64,000 nucleotides of DNA from positions 102,114,001-102,178,000 of the forward strand of contig OX597815.1 of NCBI GenBank assembly GCA_951406725.2, given 5' to 3'. Position numbers and translations under genes: made by a program. Within the stretch, counting starts at the first letter, position 1. Every line of letters begins with the position of its first letter. Of the stretch, positions 52,571 through 64,000 are shown piece by piece. The DNA is from Octopus vulgaris (lineage: Eukaryota). Below the pieces are notes generated by a model. That model had not been told where the DNA came from. It did not search any database and saw only the letters and a program-made list of their open reading frames with translations.

Positions 52571-52977
52571 GGCGCAGGAGTGGCTGTGTGGTAAGTAGCT
52601 TGCTAACCAACCACATGGTTCCGGGTTCAGTCCCACTGCGTGGCATCTTGGGCAAGTGTCTTCTACTATAGCCCTGGGCCGACCAATGCCTTGTGAGTGG
52701 ATTTGGTAGACGGAAACTGAAAGAAGCCTGTCGTATATATGTATATATATATGTGTGTGTGTGTGTTTATATGTTTGTGTTTGTCCCCCTAGCATTGCTT
52801 GACAACTGATGCTGGTGTGTTTACGTCCCCGTCACTTAGCGGTTCGGCAAAGGAGACCGATAGAATAAGTACTGGACTTACAAAGAATAAGTCCCGGGGT
52901 CGATTTGCTCGACTAAAGGCGGTGCTCCAGCATGGCCGCAGTCAAATGACTGAAACAAGTAAAAGAGTAAAAGAGTA
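52571..52977 (+). mobile_element. SINE family A (full length)
   Basis: Same structure as 17186-17590. Confidence 0.9.
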
Positions 52978-54470
52978 ATATGGAAGGTTTACTTGTCTAA
53001 AAAAATGACATAATAGATAAGTGATTTGGACAAAGGTTAGGTTGAAAGAGTTAATTGGGTTTGTTATTAGGAACTGCGTGCATTGCAATGGATTGCGAAG
53101 AGGTAGCGCGTACAGTTTCTGCAAGGCGCAAAGCATCTCGGATATTTATTTCACCTATTGAGTTTCTTACTAGAAACTGCATGCATTTCGCTTGCAGATA
53201 AAGTGTTTCAACAAGTTAGTTGACATTCGTATGGAGGTGGGGAACTGCAGTTTATGATTAAGTGAGTTGGTTTTCTTAAAGACCCATGCAAATAAAAAAA
53301 AAATTGTTTTTTAATTAAGCAACCGAGTGGATGTTGAAAGTATATAGATTATATATTTTTCCTAAATGCGCATTTTTTTTTCAATGTTTACGCTGTAAAA
53401 TTTATGCTAGTGATTTGGAGACGAACGCGAGTGACATTTGTGTAAAAAATATACATTATTTAGATGATACAGCAGAGAACATCGTGTCGTCAATAACTAA
53501 TATTTATAATAATAGTTTTACATTTTGGCACGGGGCCAGCAAGTTTTTGAGGGGAAGGGGGAAGTTGATTGCATCGATTCCAGTATATGACTTATTTTAT
53601 CGAAAGAATGAAAGGCAAAGTCGACCTCAACGGAATTTTATCTCTGAATGTAAAGATGGAGGAATTGTCATTAAGCATTTTGTTCACTGTGCAAATAGTT
53701 GTGCCTGCTTGGCGCCTTGATAATCTACTATAATAATACTCTTTGGTTTTCCTCCGTCACAACATATGAATGAGAAAAGAAGGGTGATAGATGAATAAAG
53801 AACGAAGGGGTGATGGCAAACTGGTAGTGGGATGATGAGAATTCTACGGTGAAAAGGAAATCAAACAGCGTTTCAACACTGTGTGAGTATGTGTGTGTAT
53901 GTAAAAGGAAGGTATGTGAATGTGTGTGTGTGTACAATGGAAGTGGGATGGTGAACATTCAACACTGAAAAGAAAAGTCAAACAGTGTTTCAACTCTGTG
54001 AGTATATGTGTGCATGTGTGTACGTGTACAAGGGAAGTATGTGAATGTTTGTATGTATGAACCAGCGTTCTTTCAGTAACAAACGATGATCAATGTCACA
54101 TCTCAAAAGACAACCACGCGATAAGATTGACAAGTGTATTAATTTGATTTACCATCCATATTCTATCCTGTATCTAGTCATAGCCAGCTTTGTGTGGCCT
54201 TAAGTCGTATAAGAAGGAAGGAAAACTTTAAAATTCTTTTGAAGGAAACAAGCAGTCAAGAGATGTTAGTTACAAAGAGATTTATCACAAAAAAAATTTG
54301 GTAATAAAAGAATTACCAAACTAAAAACTTGGTTTTACACCTTATTTATATATAAAATAATACAATTAGCAGTCATTTTTGACGGCACGGCACCAGCTGT
54401 GTTTATAACAATAGTTATGGTTTTAATTTTAAAATGGTGGTAACGTTTTATTCTTTTAGTGAGTGTGTAC

Positions 54471-54531
<61 letters not shown>

Positions 54532-54788
54532 CATACATACACGTGTGTGTGTGCATATATGTGTGTATACATTTGTCTATGTGTAAAAACAATAGGCAAG
54601 TCTATCTCAAATTACTCCTTAACCTCAGAGCAAAAGAAAGGTCACATTGAACTATGTAATCCGGAATGATCGTGATTGCAGCACATTTGATCCTGATTCT
54701 GCGCATTAAGCAACAACAAAAGCTACTGCTGTCTTACTATAAGCATATTTCAAAGTAGGTGAACGAAAAATTACTTACAGAAATCAAC

Positions 54789-56380
<1,592 letters not shown>

Positions 56381-57322
56381 AGTGGTGGTGGTGGTGGTGG
56401 TGGTGGTGATGATGATGATGATAATAATGTGTGATAAGGTTCAGGACTAAGGATCTAAAACCAGATCAATTGCCAGAATATACTTGTCTGACAACTTATG
56501 TGGACGATGCATCCATTACACTATATAATAAGCTTTTGAGAAAACTACAGTATGACTTCAGAAAACATAGTTCACATTTAAATTAGGAAAAAAACAACAA
56601 AAACAAATAACTTTTTACTATAGATAAGTGGGTGAATAATAGAGGACAAGAGACTGGAATAAAAGTGCAAGAGTAGGGCAATAGCAAGAAGGTAAAACGA
56701 AAGAACCAGTTCAGTAACTTGAAAATACATCATTTTAGACCTATGATTACCAAGAAGGCAAAACAGCATTATTAGTTCTTGTTTAATTGATAAAGTAATG
56801 GCTTCGTCAGTCATGTATATTGTAGTGTGATTAAGAAGTTTGTCTTGCGACCACGTGGTTCTGTCTTTGGTCCCACTGCCTTGTTTAAATGTTTTCTGCT
56901 ATAAACTGTGATCAACCCGAGAATTGTGATTGTACTTTGGTAGGTAGAAACAATGCGGTAGTCCTGTGAATCAGTGGCTAGCATCTTGAAAGCCTGTAAC
57001 CAACAAGACTATTGTTCAAAAATGTACCTGCCAAGTACAAAGGTTGTGTTTTCAGAGCTAAGGCACGTGCGCTAAGACGTGAGAGAATGAAAGCCTTTCG
57101 ATAGGTAGGGCGCGGGTGGCAGAGGCGCAACGCAGCAACAGAATCACAATTCGGTCTTTGATGAGCAGTGACAAGTGCGTGCTATTCGAATTCAAGCAGA
57201 CGTGTACGAAATTTCGACGGCACTTTGAACGGTACAGAGCACGCGGTGGGTCGGAGACGGGAGAGGAATAATAACAATAACAACAGCAACAATAATGATG
57301 ATGATGATGATGGTGATGTTGA

Positions 57323-57382
57323 TGATTTCTTTAATTTGCTATCAGGGTGAACGTCAAGAGTTTGGGTTCACATATAATGAAA

Positions 57383-57421
<39 letters not shown>

Positions 57422-58460
57422 ATATATATGAATGTATAGAAAGTATACCCAGTATACAATAAAACAGAGAACGGAAGCATACATAGTATACAACAGTATA
57501 AGATGAAGAAAAAAAAGAGGTGGGGTGGTGACAATGTTGTCCTCCTGACACAGGAGGACTCTAGGAGTAGTCGAGGAACCCCAACATCCAAGATCACCCT
57601 GAATACCAAGGGCAAGTGCCCTCTCCAATTGTGTACTTTCAGAACGATTTCATCGCTCTGCGTGCACCTCGGAAAAGCCCATCTGACAGCATATTCATGC
57701 CTGTAGAGTTTATCTTGAACTAGTAGTGCCCTTCGGTAGCACTGCCATATCAAGGACATCTGAATATTATCCATAGTGGTCGCTGATCAAAAAGTCCTCC
57801 GGAACAGACTAGCCAGTATTGCTAAAGTGGAACTTCTGCTGATTCCATTGCTCGACTGGTAGAGGGCTGTGAGCACCTGGCGTCACTCGGTCTTTTCTTT
57901 ACCCAGGACTGCAGCTCCATCAAGGAGACGAGCTGCGGAAAACCACGCCTCACAATCAGAGCCCATATATGCTCACCGTCCAGAAATCGTTTTAGATGTC
58001 ACAGCCTAAGCGCGTGTCTCCGCGTCAGAGACCACTGCATGCCTAAACCGTCACTCAAAGGTTGCTGGCAGCAGACTGAACATCTGACCATTGGAACACG
58101 TTCCTTCCACAAGAAGTTAAATAAGAGACACCCCAACCTGGTCAAGCAGTGACCGGGGCAGGGTACGACAATCAGGTAATTGCTGTAGATATTCATCACC
58201 TCTGCTCGACCTTTCAGGGACATCTTCCTCTCTGCCCTTTTCTAGGTAAGACCGGCCTCCCTCTATATCACTTTGTCCCAGTTCTTATCCTTTTGGAAGT
58301 CGGGACCAAACCAGACACCAAGCAGCTTAAATGGTCCGTCAGTCCAACGTCTCACTACGCCGTCCGACATCATTGACCTGCCTCTCCAGGTGCCCAGCCG
58401 CGAGCCCACCGACTTGTCAGCGTTGATTTTGATCCCTGCAACTGATTCGTATTCCTTTAA
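57323..58460 (-). mobile_element. Tx1/L1-like LINE 3' remnant
   Basis: SLKGRAEVMNIY..LLFNFLW..DGLGM..RRHALRL; SLIWQCYRRALLVQDKLYRH. Confidence 0.75.
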
Positions 58461-59725
58461 TGTTATTCTGCTTGTTCTTGTAATCTACCTGTTTTGTCCT
58501 TGTGTTATACCAAGAGCGGTAATAACTAAATAGATAAAGGTAATGTGGAGAGAAGGATGAGAAAGGGATACAAAAAAAGAAACGGAAATAGTAGAATCAG
58601 CGGAAAAAATAGAAACAGAAATCGAGAGAAAGAGAGGGAAAAGATGTATGTTATTCTGTATTTGTGTGTTCAAATCGTCGCCATAATCGAAATGTCTAAC
58701 ACAATGAAATTATGTCTATAAATTTATGCATTAAAAGATATATCAATAGAAAGTTAAGCAGCCTTTATTATCAAATATCTGTGAATGTTATAATTTTATC
58801 TTTAGATGAGGATTTCAAAAGAATGATGTTTCTTTATTTCTGAGACAAGGAATTTATATTATTCGAACTGGTGCCTTACTAGGGATTAAACTCAAAATTT
58901 AACTGAATGCACTTCATTAATCAACGTCTTTATCCACTACGCTATGCCCGTATGTAGGATAAATTGAATTTTTAAGACTTATAAACCTAATTCTTTGTAA
59001 TCTGTTGTAGCAGTCTGCCTTCTTTTTTCGTAATTATTGGTTCCTATATTGTATTCATCACTGCACTTGGCTTGCTTCGGAGCTTATTATGTCTCAGCAT
59101 ATGCGCTGCTTCCTCGGATTTACTAATTTTCCAGCGGTGCTCTCTATCTATTATTTTGACCTCATCTCACAGGGGTTGGTGGTCTTCATTTTACCATACG
59201 TGATCGGCTATACCTGACTTTTCAATATCCCTTCGTGTCACGGCTTTCCGATGTTCATCTACTCTTACTTAAGGAGACGCTTGGCCTATGTGTCCCATAG
59301 TGAGATGGAACACAAAACCACATAGTTACGAAGTGATCTCCTAAATCACACAGCAATCCCTACTCATCATACTTACGGATTTCATACATGTGACAATCTC
59401 TAGCTATTCCTTGTGAAACTGACGTTATGACTATTGAGACAGTATTCCAATGTCTTTCACCGCAAACACAGCCATGGCATTATTTAACACACACGCGCAC
59501 ATGCACACATACAAACATACATACAAACATTCATATATGCGTTCATATATGCACACAGGCAAACGTACATACACACACACGTGCATATATGAGGGCACAC
59601 ACATGCATGCGTACAGCATGTGTGATGCAGATAAGTTCAAAGTGAACCGTATCTGCTGCTTAGGCTGGATTCCTGGTTGTGGCTATTTCAGTTGCTTTTT
59701 TTATATCTATTTTTTTTATTTTCAG

Positions 59726-59814
59726 ATTGTTCAAAGATACGATATTATTCTAATACAAGAAATTAGAGACAAATCAGGAAAAACTCCTGAAAAACTTTTG
59801 AAAGCCATTAACAC
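59726..59814 (+). CDS. DNASE1: DNase I family protein, second coding exon (89 nt)
   Basis: Polypyrimidine tract + TTTCAG| acceptor; IVQRYDIILIQEIRD (human ILSRYDIALVQEVRD); donor AC|GTATGT; in phase with exon 1. Confidence 0.95.
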
Positions 59815-60639
59815 GTATGTATATTTCTATTTCTCCAGATTTGAGGTTTCACTTAAATTTTAACCATTATCACCATTATATATACATAATAGTCATAAGA
59901 AGAAGGACAACATCCATGCCGATGTTCAGGTTTTTCAAACTGGAAGGACAGAAGTTATCCTGAGGCCGAAAACCTGGTCTGGATGCTTTCAATGGAATAC
60001 ACTCCGCGAAAGGTACCCAATGACCTTGCGTTTGTGTTGAACCAGATGATAGATTAAGTTAACCACCCAAGAACAGTATCGATCTCTCTGACTAGAATCC
60101 TTACAGTTTCTCTTTACAAGATATTACTCAGTAGGTTTTGGTCGACTCGAGGCTAAAGTGGAAGACACTTGCCCAAAGTGTCATATGTTCGTCTCTCTAG
60201 GTTTCGTTAATGTTGAAGTTTTCTTTCAAAGTTTGATAGAAAAGTCTACTTAATTATTCCACGTTAAATGTGTGTAAAGAGGACTTAAAACAATTTCTAT
60301 TGTTGATTCTATTATGATTTACAAACCTTTGGATTGCAATACATGAGCTGGAACTTTGAACTTGCCAGATTTCTCCTGCCTTTAAAGCGTTGGTTACTTT
60401 TATTCATGGCTGGGTCAGAAGAGGAAAAAACAATACCTATGACTCTTTTCAGGGCCTCTGAGACTGAGGAGGGAAGGAAGCTGTCCTCCACCTTGGAACA
60501 TGAGACAAATGTTTACAACAAAGCCGAATCACTTAAAGTCAACAAAAGACCATGTGGTAATGTTAAATCGAGCAACATATTAATCTTCAACTCAAAACAG
60601 GCTTCTACATAGTTTCCGTCCACCAATCTCATTCACAAG

Positions 60640-61192
60640 CAGAAGTGTAGCCAGGTTCTAAATTTAAGGAATGAGTGCACATAATAAAAAGGTGGCATGA
60701 CACAAACTAAACAATTTTTAACTCATTTCTTGTATATAACGCGAAATATTTTATCAGTTAAAATATACATAATTGTTTTCTACATTCATTAATTTCATGT
60801 TTTTGTAAAAATGTCATTATGTATGAAATTTACAACTACTGATACAGGTGTGATGTGAAAAACATGGAACTCCACGAGATTGTCAAGTGTCGACAGGTGA
60901 CGACGTCAGGGTTTGTTTCGGTTCTTCAGGTGTCAGCGGCTACCAACACATTACAAGAGGTTGAGCAAGCAGTTAAAAAACTCGGGAGGTTGCTCAGATA
61001 AAATAATGAGTCCAAATCGTTCCTCCTAGGTCTCGTGATTAACAAAAAGGAAAGAAAAAAGAGGAATATTCGACTTTTATCACACAAGTGAACTAAAGAG
61101 TTAAAACAAAATTGTTGAAAAGGCACCAATTTTGAAAAACGTGCTCCAAGGGAGCAGTCGCTTCCGTTGCTTCTCCATCAGCTACTCCACTG
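60640..61192. mobile_element. hAT-type non-autonomous element inserted in an old minus-strand SINE A
   Basis: 8-bp TSD TTCACAAG (60632-60639 / 61193-61200); imperfect TIRs CAGAAGTGTAGC / GCTACTCCACTG. Confidence 0.75.
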
Positions 61193-61372
61193 TTCACAAG
61201 ACATTGGTCGACCCAAAACTTTGATAAAAAAAATCTTGTGCAGTGTACCGTGCAATGGAACCGAACACAAAACCCTATAATTGTGAAGAAAACATCTTAG
61301 CTACAGTCATACCTACATACAAATAGCCATACCTTACTTCCTGTAGTACTAACATACTAGTCGTGCTGGTAA

Positions 61373-61603
61373 GGCGGTGAGCTGGCAGAAACGTTAGCAC
61401 GCTGGGCGAAATGCGTAGCCGTATTTCGTCTGCCGTTACGTTCTGAGTTCAAATTCCGCCGAGGTCGACTTTGCCTTTCATCCTTTCGGGGTCGATAAAT
61501 TAAGTACCAGTTACGCACTGGGGTCGATGTAATCGACTTAATCCGTTTGTCTGTCCTTGTTTGTCCTCTCTGTGTGTAGCTCCTTGTGGGTAGTAAAGAA
61601 ATA
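61373..61603 (+). mobile_element. SINE B (full length)
   Basis: Very similar to 20093-20321. Confidence 0.9.
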
Positions 61604-61707
61604 GGTACTGATGCTGGTATTGTTGCTAGTACTTCTTGTTAGGAATTTGTTTTTCCAAGTTACATTTCCTATCATATTCTATGTATAATTCTCTATCTTC
61701 GTTCCAG

Positions 61708-61788
61708 AAACGGATACAGTTATAGTATGAAATTAAGCGACAGGCTTGGACGAACATACAGCAAAGAAAATTATGCATTCTACTATAG
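61708..61788 (+). CDS. DNASE1: DNase I family protein, third coding exon (81 nt); gene continues beyond the window
   Basis: TTCCAG| acceptor; (T)NGYSYSMKLSDRLGRTYSKENYAFYY(R) (human YHYVVSEPLGRNSYKERYLFVYR); donor AG|GTACGT; phase 2 on both sides. Confidence 0.95.
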
Positions 61789-62405
61789 GTACGTAAAACA
61801 TTTTATGTTTGAATTTTCTTCTTTTACTTTTTTTAGTATTCATTCAACTAGTGCAGTGTGTCGTAATGTATATAGCTGTAAAATCATTCACAGCGTGTTG
61901 CTTTTCTGTGCGGTCTTGCTGGCAGAAAGGTAATTGAAACTACAAATGAAGTAAGACTGACGGGCGGTTGGAAACATTAAATGTAGAAAAGACAAAGTGG
62001 TAGAATTATGATTACACTGAGCTGTAGTGAAGGGCTCTACTATGGTTGGAGTCGCAAGAATTTTGGAATTGCAAACTTTTGCAAAATTGGAACTGTAAAC
62101 TTTTGCAAAATTTTCGAGAAATACTTTTTTCACTTAATTTTGTAGTTTATATTCAAAAGGTAAAAAGGCAGAAGGAATTGAAAACAAAACATGATGCTGC
62201 GAGTTGTTTTTAAATGGTAGACGTTCACCCACATATGCACGAGTACAAACACAAACACACACACACACACATACATGTATGAAATCTCTTAAAAGTCACA
62301 TTCTGATTTCGATTTAATATTCCCATAAAATATTCTTGGTGTAAATGAAATTATGCTAAAAGAACATCTAGAGCTAGTAACAACGCAGCAGCAAACTCGA
62401 ACATA

Positions 62406-63240
62406 CAGTAACCCCTCGACTATCGCGAGTGTTACGTTCCAAAACGCCTCGCAATAGGTGAAGTAGAAACGGTACTGTACTGCATATTTTTTTTTATTAT
62501 TTTCATAATTTGTATATATCTATCTATATATATAAAGCTGAAGCTGTCTGTGTATGGCAGGTTTGATAGCCTTCAACTAACACTATCTTCTCCGAGACCC
62601 TGCGGCGCAAGTTGACCAAAATTGAAAGTATGATAGAAGAAGGCTTGCTCTTCAAATCGGACCATGTTAAGGTCAAAAATTATTTACATCAAAAAGGCGC
62701 TTTTTTTCTATGAAAATCCCTATTTTTTACGATTTTTTGACTGCTGTGTCGTCATTTTTCGCTGTATTTCAACCAGAAAAATGTTCACTTAAAGAGAATA
62801 ACAAGCTACATAATGCAAAATTTTTACTTTTCAAAAATTCCAATTCTAAAGGGTCGAAACAAACCCGAGCAACGCCGGGCGATACTGCTAGTTTTATTAT
62901 AAATGCAAAACAACACCGCACACTCGCCTCCCCAGTTTCGTTTTCCATACAGTACGTGTGATTCTTTGTTTACTCATCTACGGTACACTACGTATTTTCT
63001 TTTAATATCTTTTAATTAATGTGTTATACAGTGCAGTACTGTACTTTTATTTATTTATTAGTTTATTAATTTTTGGACGTGAAAATGCTTATTTTACCAC
63101 AGAAATAATTAAAACCAAAAGAAATATAAATACCTATCGGCGGCAGAAACCCACGATATAAATTTTCATATATTAGCCAGAGGAATCCGCGATGTACTGA
63201 GGGCGCGATAGGTGAACCGCGGTATGGCGAATGATTACTG
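62406..63240. mobile_element. pogo/Tigger-like MITE
   Basis: TA|CAGTAACCCCTCGACTATCGCG ... CGCGGTATGGCGAATGATTACTG|TA. Confidence 0.8.
62523..62891 (+). mobile_element. Non-autonomous Helitron nested in the MITE
   Basis: 5' TCTATATATATAAAG, 3' CCCGAGCAACGCCGGG-CGATACTG-CTAG; A^T insertion; the empty site is visible in the MITE copy near position 41-75. Confidence 0.9.
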
Positions 63241-63614
63241 TATCTCGAATTAATAGATGAATTTTGTTTTTCCCTCAGAAATGACACCGGAATAACAATA
63301 GTTGACTCATTTCACTACGACGATGGTTCGGAGGAAAAGGGAGTCGATACGTTTGAAAGAGAACCTTTCGTAGTAAAATTTTCGATCCCAAGTCTATGTA
63401 AGTAAATGGCATCACATTTCTTCAGTAAATATTATACCTTAGATAAGTTTTTGATACAGAAACGTGGAGGCGTTATGACCAAGTGGTTAGGGAGGCGGAC
63501 CCGCGGTCATAGGATCGCGGTTTCGATTCCTAGACCGGGCGTTTTGGGCGTTTATTGAGCGAAAACCCCTAAATCTCCACGAGACTGATAAATGGCAGAG
63601 AAGATTGGCATATA

Positions 63615-63777
63615 GGCGCAGGAGTGGCTGTGTGGTAAGTAGCTTGCTAACCAACCACATGGTTGCGGGTTCAGTCCCACTGCGTGGCATCTTGGGCAAG
63701 TGTCTTCTGCTATAGCCCCGGGTCGACCAATGCCTTGTGAGTGGATTTGGTAGACGGAAACTGAAAGAAGCCTGTCG

Positions 63778-63826
<49 letters not shown>

Positions 63827-64000
63827 TTGTGTGTCTGTGTTTGTCCCCCTAGCATTGCTTGACAACCGATGCTAGTGTGTCTACGTCCCCGCCACTTAGC
63901 GGTTCGGCAAAAGAGACCGATAGAATAAGTACTGGGCTTACAAAGAATAAGTTCCGGGGTCGATTTGATCGACTAAAGGCGGTGCTCCAGCATGGCCGCA
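63615..64000 (+). mobile_element. SINE family A (runs off the window end)
   Basis: Same structure as 52571-52977. Confidence 0.9.

Noticed and set aside
53827-54060. Two-copy tandem duplication of about 116 bp
   Set aside because: Real but diverged and microsatellite-associated; no further structure.

Overview
Repeat-dense animal genomic DNA, most likely an octopod cephalopod (Octopus-like). This is inferred from my recollection of the tRNA-derived SINE families and from the dense (ACAT)n/(AC)n/(AT)n/(AAT)n/(AGAT)n microsatellites. The only host gene I can support is a secreted DNase I-family gene on the + strand: coding exons 35119-35289, 59726-59814 and 61708-61788, a 24.4 kb first intron, and the rest beyond the window. 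Everything else is transposon material: mariner, Tc1, maT, Chapaev-like, hAT and pogo/Tigger elements, non-autonomous Helitrons, R4-like, Tx1-like, CR1-like and RTE-like LINE remnants, an LTR remnant, several SINE families and a decayed Penelope-like element (PLE; RT + GIY-YIG). The most interesting signal, invisible in the ORF track, is about 12 minimal type-I hammerhead ribozyme (HHR) motifs from several PLE-type families. One family (2 copies, 11-12 bp TSDs) combines a tRNA-like Pol III head, an (AAT)n spacer, an HHR and an inverted terminal copy of its tail that begins at the predicted self-cleavage site. It is a candidate Penelope-mobilised ribozyme-SINE. All calls were made by eye; no searches or folding were run.
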